NCBI GenBank assembly: GCA_010909165.1
Contig: MU008167.1
Location: 124,001-188,000 of the forward strand
Reading direction: 5' to 3'
Length of the DNA: 64,000 bases
Source: Anthoceros angustus
Lineage: Eukaryota; Plantae; Anthocerotophyta
The notes beneath the pieces were generated by a model. The model did not search any database. It was not told the origin of the DNA and saw nothing but the letters and a program-made list of their open reading frames with translations. Of this stretch, positions 1 to 11,400 are shown piece by piece. How positions within the stretch are numbered: position 1 is the stretch's first letter; every line of letters starts with the position of its first letter. The position numbers were made by a program, and so were the translations under genes.

Positions 1-137
1 GAGGCCACTTCCTCCACAGGTAGTCCATCTAGGCCACTTGCTCCACAGTTAGTCTATCGAGGCCACTGGCTCCACAGTTAGTCTAGACTATCTAGGCCAC
101 TTGCTCCACAGTTAGTCTGTCTAGGCCGCTTGCTCCG
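1..137. repeat. ~29-bp minisatellite, ~5 copies, probably continuing left of the window
   Basis: The unit aggccacttgctccacagttagtctatct repeats with few substitutions. Confidence 0.9.
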
Positions 138-183
138 CGGCGTGTATTGGCTTCACGCCGTGATGAAGCATCCTGAGCTTGGA

Positions 184-359
184 TCGGTACTTAGATGGGG
201 TGCCTAAAGGGACTGTATGCCCTTGGTGCAAGTAGCTTAGGCACACCATGGTACAAGTCGTTAAGTACCAAGTCCCATGATGGACTTAAATAAAATTCTT
301 CTTCTCCTTCTGCACCAACTGGTATGGTGGTATCCCGTCTAGGCACCCCATCTGGGTAC
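184..359 (+). mobile_element. Dispersed transposon terminus (putative Helitron 5' end) with an internal 20-bp inverted repeat
   Basis: Starts a|TCggtacttagatgggg. Related copies are at 56678 (a|TCtgtacttagatggg) and 22064 (degenerate). 187-206 is the reverse complement of 340-359 with 2 mismatches. It shares ggacttaaataaaattcttcttc with the 43.8/47.9-kb repeats. Confidence 0.45.
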
Positions 360-663
360 TCGAGAAAACAGTTTAACTATGATACACACGTCCCAACACC
401 TGAGCTTTTGTTTCTTTGTTGCTTCGAACTAACATAATTTGCCCAGTCTTAACCCCTACTGCAGGCATAGAATAATGAGACTCAGCCCGTTTCTGTTCAC
501 ATTTGCTCTGGTGAATTGTTGCTGACATACGCTAGTCAATCCAAAATGCTTGCTATCCCAACACACTGTCTTGGCTGCCCATTTGTATGAGTGAGAGCTA
601 ACATCACAAACAGTCTGTTGTTTACTCTTATACCTATATGTGAGAAAGAGCGAAGTGAAGGAG

Positions 664-782
664 CACTTATCTCCTCTTAATATACCTCTATTCAACAACT
701 CCCATTAAAGGCTTCAATTTTCTTGCACTTATCTCCTTTTAACATAACTCTATTCAACAACTTTCATTCAAGGCTTCAATTT
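664..782. repeat. ~62-bp tandem duplication
   Basis: gcacttatctcct...ctattcaacaact...aaggcttcaattt occurs twice. Confidence 0.8.
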
Positions 783-971
783 GCCTCGATAGTCAAAATT
801 GTCTGTCATGTTAACACACAATTCATGTGCACGTGAAGTTGCCTACATATTTAAGAATCCAGTGTGGCAAGCAATTAGTCAAACTACATCCATTGCTATG
901 CCAATGCACAACTGATGATGAATTGCCTTCACATAATCTAGCGTTGTAAGCATTAGTGGAATCAAGCGTAA

Positions 972-1228
972 CAAGCACTAGCCATGTGAGAATCCATGGA
1001 CCATAATTGCATCATGGTCCATGTTATAGCGTGGCAAACACTAGTCATGTTAGAATGGATCCATGGACCATAATTGCGTCATGGTCCATGTTATACCGTG
1101 ACAAGCACTAGTCATGTGAGAATGGATCCATGGACCATAATTGCGTAATGGTCCGTGTTATACTGTGGCAAGCACTAGTCATGTGAGAATGGATCCATGG
1201 ACCATAATTGCGTCATGAGCCATGTTAC
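972..1228. repeat. 63-67-bp minisatellite (4 copies) with an internal hairpin in each unit
   Basis: Units start at ~972, 1035, 1102 and 1169 and contain catggaccat-N9-atggtccatg (perfect in the first two units). Confidence 0.9.
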
Positions 1229-1244
1229 ATGAGCTTACCAATGC

Positions 1245-1398
1245 CTCTACTTGTGTACGTTGGCAGTCGCGCATCTCTCCACCGCCCAGCCCGGAGGGTT
1301 GATAATGACATGCTCACAAATGGAGTTCCGGGTAGAGTCCATTACGATGATATCCGCAACAAATATTTGTTTCCCCGGTCAGAAACAGATTCGCCTTG
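1245..1398 (-). mobile_element. Fragment of the RLE endonuclease domain of a CRE-like non-LTR retrotransposon
   Basis: The minus strand reads ...QIFVADIIVMDSTRNSICEHVIINPPGWAVE, homologous to ADVVVTDPTRDSISEHVIINPPGWAAE at 21.1 kb. Confidence 0.75.
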
Positions 1399-1837
1399 AG
1401 CAAACACCTGATTAATCTCATTGCATTGAGCCAAATTCCTCAAATGGACTTGTCACCTTCGCCCATGCAATCCTACATCTTTGATATCCTTCAACGGCAC
1501 ATTGCACAATAATTGTCACGCAGCCCATGGGCAGATTGTATAGTTGTCGTGGAGCCCATGGCCAGCTCAAGTAACATTGTCTTTGAACAATTGCCATGGA
1601 ACCCATGATCAACTCGAGATTTTGCAGTCCATGCAGTCCAGGGGCAAATTGTATAATGTTTTATTGATTGATTGATACTGAGTTTTTTATACGCTGTAGG
1701 TCTCTCCCATGTCTGAGTTGTCATGGAGACCATGGCCACCTAGAGCATCTCCATAGCCACCTAGACCAACTGGAGCGTCTCCATGGCCACCTAGAGCAAT
1801 ACTGTGCTTGATTGTTGTTGGAAGTTCAAATCCATAG

Positions 1838-1975
1838 AATATAGAGTTATTTTGCTAAAAAGTTCAAATGCATAACAATAATAGAACGAAGCTAACATGG
1901 AGCACACAAAATATAGAGTTATTTTGTTAAAAAGTTCAAAAGCATAACAATAATAGAACGAAGCTAATATGGATC
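1838..1975. repeat. ~72-bp tandem duplication
   Basis: aatatagagttattttg...gcataacaataatagaacgaagctaa occurs twice. Confidence 0.8.
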
Positions 1976-2067
1976 GTACATAACAAGATGATCATTTCTT
2001 AGAAGGAATTCACACTATACTAGAGTAGGATAGAAGAGGGCCCATGGAATTTTTTAAACACACAGAG

Positions 2068-2816
2068 ACAATACACTTTGCGCTAAGTAAAGTGAGTGAA
2101 CTCGCATAATGATTGTGCGGATTCAATAGTTCGGCTATCGATATATTATGCATGTTTTATACTTTGCGCTAAGTAAAGTGAGTGAACTCGCACAATGATT
2201 GTGCGGATTCAATAGTTCGGCTATCGATATATTATGCATGTTTAACAACGGAGTCCTTCTCCAACTTTAGAAAAGCCTAGGCGCTAAGGGAAGGCCCAAT
2301 CCTCAACGCCCGAGACGAAGGCCTTCCTTAGAATGGCTCCTCCGTCCTCCGGCCTCATATACCTCAATCGCATTTTGTCAACTGTATACCCAGGAGTAAC
2401 AATATCTCGTGCGAGCTCACTTTTTCCATTCTTGTTTTTAGGTTATAGACTAACTTTCTTTAAGAGAGAAAGAAACTCTTAAAGTCTAATATTATATAGG
2501 AGTCTACCAGGCTACCATAAAAACCCAAAGGCAAATGCACAACATACTGGAAAGAAATGACAATACACTTTGCGCTAAGTAAAGTGAGTGAACTCGCATA
2601 ATGATTGTGCGGATTCAATAGTTCGGCTATTGATATATTATGCATGTTTTACACTTTGCGCTAAGTAAATCGAGTGAACTCGCACAATGATTGTGCGGAT
2701 TCAATAGTTTGGCTATCGATATATTATGCATGTTTAACAACGGAGTCCCTGGCCAACTTTAGAAAAGCCTAGGCGCAAAGGGAAGGCCCAATCCTCAACG
2801 CCCGAGACGAAGGCCT
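2068..2816. repeat. Nested duplication: two ~255-bp blocks (2068-2323, 2559-2816), each holding two ~87-bp units plus a retroelement fragment
   Basis: actttgcgctaagtaaa...cgatatattatgcatgttt occurs 4 times. Each pair is followed by ccaactttagaaaagcctaggcgc...cccgagacgaaggcc. Confidence 0.85.
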
Positions 2817-3335
2817 CCAAGATGGGAACATCCCGGATTAAGAACCCAGCGGTAAAGACGGGGGCAGAGAGGGCCTAGCTCCCGAATAAAAAAGCTGGAG
2901 GACTTAGGGAGCCACCGTCCTGGTGAGATAACTTAGTCGCTGTGCGAAGCAGAACAAAAGGATGCCAAACGCCACATGAGGGTCCCCTAATAGAGATAGG
3001 TTGCCGACGTGGGCCAAGTCCTCCTTCAAAGCCTCGTCTACAAAACCTTGAATAAAGGCCGTGGGATGTCCCCACCATGAAATCGAAGAGAGGGAGTAAT
3101 GCCGGACGGACAGGTACCAAACCTTACACTTCATAATCTTAACCCTCAAACCTAGGCGGGAGAGCTCTGAGGAGAAGAGTAGGAAAACTTCCCTAACCTT
3201 GCCTCCGGGTCATGAGTGTCGTCCGCCACGGACGAAAAGAGACACTCTCGGACCGCGCCAGTAGTAAGGGTCAGGGCCCTGAAGTGCGCAACGGCAAAAA
3301 AGGCACCCCCCAAAGGGATCCGCCTGCCTGCGTTC
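2755..3335 (-). mobile_element. Degenerate reverse-transcriptase region of a CRE-like non-LTR retrotransposon
   Basis: The minus strand gives RQADPFGG (QGDPL motif), SVADDT (YADD motif), LGDPHVAFGILL and PILEAFVSGVE. It is frameshifted. Confidence 0.75.
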
Positions 3336-3756
3336 TTTCTATGGTTCCCTGTCTACCCTATACTTTCAGCACGGACCATCTAAGGAAGGGGTTACTGTGC
3401 TAGACTCGGTGACTGGCACATGATAGGTTTTTTTTCCACACTACCGAATGATATAGTAGATAAGAGAATCTGATATATATCTTGAGTATTGAATGAAGTG
3501 GTTCTATTTTATATTCAGCCAAAATATTAAAGATATTACGGTATAAAAATAAACACATAGATGTAATGGCCTTTGCACTTTAATCATATGTAAAGTGATC
3601 TAAATTTGGCAATGATTAAATACGGACTCTCAAGAGTTCTATTATTGAGATATTTTGCTTCTTTAACTTTATACATGTGTGGTTATAGGTGCATACATAT
3701 TTCGTATGGTTTGGAATTCTTGGCCTATTGATCTGTAAGTAAGTTAGAAACCAGAA

Positions 3757-3908
3757 GTCAACTCTATTTCTAATATTAGTTTAAGACCTATAGATATGTG
3801 GTGCAGTTAACTCTATATTTCTAATATTAGTTTTAGACCTATAGATAAGAGGTGCAGTTAACTCTATTTCTAATATTAGTTTTAGATCTATAGATAAGTG
3901 GTGCAGTA
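3757..3908. repeat. ~50-bp AT-rich minisatellite, 3 copies
   Basis: aactctatttctaatattagttttagacctatagata..ggtgcagt repeats. Confidence 0.8.
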
Positions 3909-4011
3909 TAAATATAGTTTTACTTCTAGTTTTGACATGAATTTTAGTGTTGAAGGTTGAAAGTATTAATGATTATATGTTGCAACTTGTAGTTATTTGT
4001 CGAAGAAATGT

Positions 4012-4999
4012 ATGCAAAACCTGGAAGAAATGTATGCAAAATCTGGAACTCTAGCTGAGGTGATATGGTGCCCACCTGATTGGTTACCAATATTTCTTCA
4101 GCATGAGTATCATAAGAAGTGCACCTTACATCGTCGCATGGAAAATCCAGGATGCAATAAGTTTTGTATTCAATGCCAGGATGCTCCATTTTGCAGCAAT
4201 TGTTGTAAGAATTCACATCTTTGGGCAGTATTATTTTAAAAGTGAATCGATGCAATCTTTTGCAGCTTGAGCGTCTTTCATCGCCTATGATCAATATTGA
4301 GGATATTGCTACCTTTACATTTAACGACAAAGACCACACACTCCTATCTCCCAAGATACAGGATTTAACGCGTATGGAAGCGACATCCGTAACGAATCAC
4401 CATTTTGTTGGATCCGATGGATGTAGGAGCTTGAAGGCTTATTGCAGCCTCAATTGCAAGTACATGCATTGTGACTTTGAAGGGTTTAGATTACACTGCA
4501 AGGTGCCAAAGAAAAGAAGAACAAGTTGGAAGAATTCTTCTCACAATGATATAACCATGGCTAATGATTCTTTTCACAATGTTAGTACCTTTGCAGGTAA
4601 TATTTTTAGTTTTTGTATTGTGGTGATAAAAAAGTATGCATGATTTTTAAAAAAAATATGTAAGAGTATTTGACAATGGGTTAATCAATTTTTATAGGTA
4701 CAATTTTAAAAACAGAGAGCAAGGAAGCTTGTAGCCCAAACAAATCCGAGAATGGGAATGAGGTATTGCAGCTAGAAGCTTGTGACCCAAACAAACCTGT
4801 GAATGAGAACAAGTTATCCCAGCTAGAAGATTGTGGGCCAAGCAAACCTATGAATGAGGCCGAGCTATCCGAGTTAGAGAAAGGAGCTTTGAAAGGTCTT
4901 CTTTTGCTAGAGACTGATCACAATGGTCGCTATCAACTGAGCACTAACATGGTTGCTAGAGATTTAGTTCAACTCAAGGCTCTTCTCAATAATAATTAG
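4012..4999 (+). pseudogene. Divergent PLATZ (plant AT-rich sequence and zinc-binding) domain gene with a frameshift at ~4220 and an intron at 4597-4697
   Basis: PPDWL...C-x2-H...CNKFC-x2-C...FC-x2-C...H, then in the next frame IILKVNR...INIEDIATFTFN...RSL...YCSLNCK, matching the PLATZ consensus PPWL...CNxFCxxC...LDISGVQTYxIN...FCSLGCK. A GT-AG intron joins this in frame to ORF 4766-4999. Confidence 0.7.
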
Positions 5000-5162
5000 T
5001 AGATCTCACCTGAAAAATTCACATCTCAAATGTCAATAGATAAAACTAGCAGCTTAATCATATTTCAAAAAAACACATTCCTCTTTAATAATTAGAATAT
5101 TTTAGTAAAATTAATTCATTATCATTATCTTTGAAAATATAATCATAGTAAGTAAGGAACCA

Positions 5163-5193
5163 TGCATGAGAGGCATGCAGCCCTAGGTCTAGT
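5163..5193 (+). mobile_element. Putative Helitron 3' terminus
   Basis: Hairpin tgcatg-agagg-catgca, then a 9-nt spacer, then CTAG|T at 5189-5193. Confidence 0.45.
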
Positions 5194-5477
5194 TAAGTAA
5201 GATATTTGGTTAGTGATAGTGAAGCTTAGCTTGAAGTTTAAGGAAGGTAGCCTGTTTTAGGCAGTTACTTAGGATGAAGTAAGCCTCCCTATTGAAGGGA
5301 TGAGGCTAGCCCTAGAGGGAGCAATCTAGCACTTGGTCCACACTCTTGTTGAGAATAGGACTAGGGTGCCCAGAGGCTGTGGGAGCCTAGAGTGTGATTG
5401 TCTCTAGAGGAGAGCTATTGAGGAGGAGATTGAGGGGAGAGAGCTATGTTCCTAGCTCAGGCTGGGTGTTACTATTA

Positions 5478-5686
5478 TTATATATTATAACTTATAAAAA
5501 AGATACATACAAATCCAATGAAGTACTAACTTATAATATATTATAACTTATAAAAAAGATACATACAAATCCAATGAAGCACTAAACATCGGCAACAACT
5601 TTACAAGATCATCTGCAAAGAAAAAGCAAAATAATTCAATTTAAAACATCAGCAGCAAGTTTACAAGATCATCTGCAAAGAAAAAA
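5478..5686. repeat. Two consecutive AT-rich tandem duplications (~57-60 bp periods)
   Basis: tatattataacttataaaaaagatacatacaaatccaatgaag occurs twice, then taaacatc..caa.tttacaagatcatctgcaaagaaaaa occurs twice. Confidence 0.75.
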
Positions 5687-6121
5687 AACTAATTTAATTT
5701 AAATCCACGTGGGGCATTTTCATCATGGTAACGGTGATAACAAAGCAACTCGCATCATCGTGTGCGTAAGGCCTCCAAGGCCTCATGGATGGAGGGAACC
5801 GGGATCGCACGGTTGGGACCAACGGCAGCCGCGTGGTCAGGCATGTTCGTTGACGGGGGATGGATGTCCCGTCCGAAAACTGGAGGAGGTTCTCCTCCGT
5901 CATGCCATACCAGGATGCTTAATCACGGCGTTCTTATAAATGTGTGTCCATTTGGCCTAAGCCATGTGGACATACAGGTATGGATGGAAACCTGTTCCCC
6001 GTCGTATCTCTCTACGTATTGGGACACCGTAGCTACATCTTCGGAAAAATTTGTGACTCGATGAACAGAGTATGTATATATATGCATGTGTAATCGGATA
6101 GACCGTCATTCGTTGTGACAG

Positions 6122-6140
6122 CGACACGTGGACAAGTGGC
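6122..6140 (+). promoter_or_regulatory. G-box (GACACGTGG) ~155 bp upstream of the SBPase ATG
   Basis: CACGTG at 6125-6130 and a second CCACGTGG at 5705-5712. G-boxes are typical light-responsive elements. Confidence 0.45.
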
Positions 6141-6282
6141 TTTGTGGCTCTCATTCCTCTCCTCGATCTCCCTAGCTACACTCTCCGTATGCTTGTGCAA
6201 AATTCACGATCGAAGCAGAAGTTTTCTGTTTGCTGTCGGACGCCTCTGTAGGCAGGAATCTGTGCGGCGACGAGACTGGACA

Positions 6283-8191
6283 ATGGCGGCCATGGTTGCT
6301 GCAGCCGGTACCGTTGCAGCTTCCTGCGGCCTGGCTTCCTCGCAAGCCTCGTCTGTGGCCACATCCAGCTCGGCCGCGGCCCAGGCCTCTCCGGTGCGAT
6401 GCGCGGCCGCTGGTAGCAGGAGCCTGGTGAGCCCGCATTGCATCTGGCCAGCTTCAGCTTCAGCCTCAACTTCAGCGTGTTTTTTGAGTGTGCCGTGTGA
6501 ATGGCGGAGCGGGGGGAGTAATTTTAGGACGGGAGTAATTTGACAATGTGTGTGAATGGCGCATTCCGCAGGCAGGACGGGCCAGCGCCTTGTACGGAAA
6601 GAGTCTCGCAGGGCCGCAGGTTTCGTTGAGGTCACAGCGGGGTTTTGCTGTCTCGAGGAAAGCTGGAGCGGCAAGGGCCGAGCTGGGAGACAGTTTGGTT
6701 AGTATATACGTGTTTGGAGAGTTTAGGACGGCGATCTGGACGGAATTTGATTTGAGGTGTCGGTTTGGTGTGCAGGAGGAATTTTTGTCCAAGGCCACGA
6801 CTGATAAGAGTCTGGCCAGATTGCTCGTTTCTCTCGGAGAAGCTATCCGTACCATTGCGTTCAAGGTGCGGACCGCGTCCTGCGGCGCCACGGCCTGTAT
6901 TAACACGTTCGGAGACGAGCAGTTGGCCGTGGATCTTCTGGCGAACAAGTTGCTGTTTGAGGTTAGTGTTTCTTTGAGACTGTCAGGAATTTCTTCCATG
7001 GCGGTTGGTGTGAATTTTAGGAAGCGTGTGAGAGGTTTTCTAAGGGGTGCGATTTCGGGATTCAGGCTCTTCAATTTTCGCACGTTTGCAAGTATGCTTG
7101 CTCTGAAGAGGATCCGGAGTTGCTCGACATGGGAGGTCCAGTGGAAGGTGAACATTTGACGGGAACGGGTTTGCTGTTTTGCGGTCTTGGTGCGTTTTAG
7201 CTTCTTGTTTGTTTGATCTGAAGTTTGGGAACATTGTGTGTGGCCAGGTGGCTTCAGTGTGGCCTTCGACCCTCTTGACGGGTCCAGCATTGTGGATACC
7301 AACTTTACGGTGGGAACCATTTTCGGGGTTTGGCCTGGTGACAAGCTGACAGGCGTCACCGGCAGGGATCAGGTGGCAGCGGCTATGGGCATCTACGGGC
7401 CCAGGACAACCTACGTAATCGCAGTTGCAGGCTTCCCTGGAACTCACGAGTTCCTTCTCTTGGATGACGGTGAGTTGGTCTGCGACATAGTGCAGTTGCC
7501 ATTGCCTGAGCGGGCTGAGTGCTGACGTGCTCTGCTCTTGCTGCATTGCAGGGAAGTGGCAGCACGTGAAGGAAACCACAACCATCGGTGAAGGAAAGCT
7601 CTTTTCTCCAGGAAATCTGCGTGCCACCTTCGACAACCCAGACTACGAGAAGGTGGTTAACCTCTTCCTGCTCTGGCTACCTAGCTATAAAAAACTTTTT
7701 GTTCTCAATAATTTATGTGTTCTTCGTGCTTTGTGTCTATCACCAGTTGATCAACTACTACGTGAGCGAGAAATACACTCTTCGGTACACAGGAGGAATG
7801 GTCCCCGACGTGAACCAGGTAGGGGAAAAGTAATTGAAAAGCATGATTCTTTCAGGACATGATTCCCTGGGAAGCAGAATTCTCAGCTCTCTCGCCCGTG
7901 GTTTTTGTGCTCTCTCAGATCATCGTGAAAGAGAAAGGTATCTTCACAAACGTCACCTCGCCGACCACCAAGGCCAAGTTGAGACTGCTCTTCGAGGTTG
8001 CACCGTTGGGTCTCCTGGTTGAGAACGCTGGAGGCTTCAGCAGCGATGGGAAACAGTCGGTTTTGGACAAAGTTGTGGTGAACACCGACGATAGGACGCA
8101 AGTGGCTTACGGCTCGAAGAACGAGATCATCAGATTCGAGGAGACTTTGTACGGGTCATCTAGGCTTGCCCCAGTGGCAGCTGCGGTATAG
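6283..8191 (+). CDS. SBPase: Chloroplast sedoheptulose-1,7-bisphosphatase, 8 exons (6283-6426, 6572-6697, 6776-6961, 7066-7147, 7248-7469, 7552-7652, 7747-7818, 7919-8191)
   Basis: Ala/Ser-rich transit peptide, [24 protein letters not shown] (thioredoxin-regulated Cys pair), [28 protein letters not shown] and [12 protein letters not shown]. All introns are GT-AG and in frame. Confidence 0.97.
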
Positions 8192-8463
8192 AGTGATTCC
8201 TGTTATTATTTCCATGTAATTTTACAACATGAGTATTTCTTGCAATTAAAATGCAACGTTTCTTTTGGGCCTCATTTGTCCGAGGAGATTTCGAAACTCG
8301 TGATATCAATTTTGGCAAGCAGGGGAACTTGTCGAATAAACGTGGCAAACGAAGTCTCAACAATTATCAACGAGGACTAGCAGCATCAGTTATCAAAACT
8401 AGGGGCAACCTCTGCGAAGCCGTATCGCAGAGCACGCAAATATAACTCGCCCAGATGGTGTTT

Positions 8464-11400
8464 TCACTGAAATGAGGAACTTAGGAGCATTTGTTCCAAT
8501 TCCTTGAAGCCACGAGATACGTGCTCCACGGTCGCAGGAGGTAGGGGCAGTCGCCTCACCTCAGTCATGTACCTGCATTCACAAGCACGCCTTCAGGGAC
8601 TGCTCAGATCCAAGTGGTGAGTGCAAGCTGTAAACGAGTACAGATGGACGTTACCTATTTGAAAGGGTGCTCAGCTTGTCTTTGAGCCCTGTTTCAGCTC
8701 CTTCATACTCCATTCCATTGGCCGTCATGAAGGAGCCACTGCCACCAACAACCTTTTGGCCGAGAGCAGACACTGTCCACTCAAACAAAACAGCAAGCAG
8801 TGACCGAAGAATTCTCAACCGTAATTTAGGCTGCAGTGGAACACTTGCAAGGAAACGATCATATGTCCGTTGCACAGGTTCAGGATCTCCTTTGCATGCA
8901 ACGAGAAGTGCTCTCGGTATGTCCTCATCCCCTACTTCCTCCACCTTCGATGACACTCTTTCCTGCTGACACAAGTATTCAGTCAGCACCAAGATCACAG
9001 GACTTCATACCACCAACATGAGCCAATTTCAGTAGCCAGATCTTACCTCAGCTGCAGGCTCAAGAAAATGGCAGATAGCATCCAGAGGAATACTTCCTCC
9101 ATCTCCAGGGTATAAAAAGGGCCCCACCCTCCGTACAACAGCACATGCTTCGGCAATGCCTCCAACATTCAGAGCCTGTTCAAGTAGTCTAGTCCAGGTT
9201 GCTCGCATGTGGCTATTGTCAGCGTCGCCTGCATAATTAGAGAAGTGAAGTACTTCCAAACAGACCTGCAATACCCCTCGTGAGATTCAATCCAAGAAAG
9301 AATCGCGTTCCCACGTCTGACCAAAAAGCTTTACCTCCCAGAGCTCGAACGGAACAGCATAGTCATTGTAGAGCTGAGTGATGCTCTTCAGCTCAAACCC
9401 TAGCTCTCCAGCTTTGTCCTTTGCAGAGCGTGCCCTGGCAACTTCCAGCATTGCAGCTTGACTAGGGAATGCTTCTGTTTGAGAAGTTGAAGGTTCACTT
9501 TCCATATCATTCTCCATTCCAGATCTCGATGCGATACGCTCTAGCTCATCTCTGATCTTTATTTGGAAACGAAGCACTGCTAGCTTGCCTTCAAGGAGCT
9601 CCAGCAAGCTGCTGTGCCCAATGTCCGGAGAAGAAGGAACCGTTCCAGATCCATGGCCAACACTTCTAGCTTGTAACACTGCATTGCTCAGGTAATCAAA
9701 CCTGTGTGAGACAAACAGGGACGACAATAGCTCAAACGGTCAAACAGCTGGAGTAATAGCGATGCAGAGTCTCCAACCCATTCGAAATTAGTAGGAACTC
9801 CATTATAAACTCAGGACAACTTCATCAACAAACCTTTGCTCAAGAGTTTTACGTTCAGCTCCCTCTGGTTGCCTCATTTCGGCCAGACGCAACAGGACAT
9901 GTGCAGCATATGCATGCTGCCGCTTATGGACATAATAGCGCGACAAAAGCTCCAGGTACTTCGCTTGTTCACCAGTGATCTGCTGCCGCAAATGTGTGTC
10001 AGGCCCCTGTAAAGGGGTCACCCCCGAACTGTTTGGTCCATTAAACATCTGCAGGTTCGTGAGAGCAAATGTCAGTAAACTAAGCAAAGTACACAAATTG
10101 GTGAAAGTAGACTTTCAAGCTAAAAGAGTCCACCTTTGCAGCATGTGAAGATCCGGCACTCTGCAGGAATGGTACCAAGTCTGGGCCAGCCATCTCCATG
10201 AGTTCTTTGACCAGACCAAGGTCAATCATAGCCTGGTACAAGTGTTCATGGAATGCACGGTCAGGCCATCTCACGCCGAGTTGTATGATCTGACGAATGT
10301 AATGATCTCTTGTGCTGTCATCCATAGAGGATCTCGCTCCTGCAGGAATAGGGGATCCAAACTCTGGCCGCAGCCCATTCTGCCCAGATAGACCCTTCAA
10401 GGACCGCAAAGCATTTGTCACTACTTCATAACACCGCATCCGTGCTGCTAGTGCTTCCTGCCGTCGATTTGCATCGATGTGCTCATTAAAAGCATCCTCT
10501 GCAGGATCTAGAGCACGAGCTTTCCGCAGAGGCAACTCTACAACAGCTTCATAGAACCTGCAAAAAGAGAACACAGTCAACATCATATGAACATTACACA
10601 TTAAGAGACCTTGGCAAGGACTTCATAAATGCATGGAAACACTTGAATCCAACAAGAACTTGCCTGACGTCTTCAAATCGCTGACAAATACTGAGTAAGT
10701 CTGCAGTTTCAGGTACTTTCTCAAGCATAATTAGTGCTTCCCTCGCCAGTCGCTCTCTCTCTTCTAGATCTCTGGTACTCGCTGCTCTCTCCAAACATTC
10801 TACTGCCTGATAGAACTGGTAGTCTGACTCATTATAATAGCTTGAACAACCTTCTCTGAGCTTCATGCTGATATCATCAACTGTTCCCCTGCCATCTGGT
10901 GCCACATAATACTGCACAACAAGCGGAGACATGTGAGGAGCCAAAATCTAGAGAGAGCTCACTGCACAAGGCTAGAAGCTGGTGAAACAAAATCTTCAGG
11001 GTATGACTTTTCAGACCTCCATCAGACCTGCCACAAGACGAGTGGCAATCTGCTCCCCGTCCCGCGAGCAGACAAACTGGTGAAAAGTAAGTTGTGACAA
11101 TTGCTGCCTGGTGGCCGGATCTAGCCTTTGAGCCAACCGAGCAATATGGTGTTGTGAAAGCAGCTGCAATAGCAGCAATGCTTCTCCAGACCTTCTGAGC
11201 AAACGCCGAATGGATTCCATACTTCGAGCCTGTGGTGGAAAGTCATTGCCATGAGTTATCAACCACAAAAAATGGATACAAGGAATCAATGTAAGAACAG
11301 GAGTGGTCAGAAATAATTTCCACTTGGTTTGTACCTCCATAGCAACAAGTTCTGCTGCGCTGTATGGCAACCGTTGTCTTTTGTTAGGCCCTACATGGCC

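Noticed and set aside
972-1228. Palindromic repeat array resembling CRISPR
   Set aside because: There are no unique spacers (whole units repeat), no cas genes, and the context is eukaryotic.
6472-7636. Antisense ORFs of 295 and 198 aa over SBPase
   Set aside because: They are shadows of the spliced plus-strand gene.
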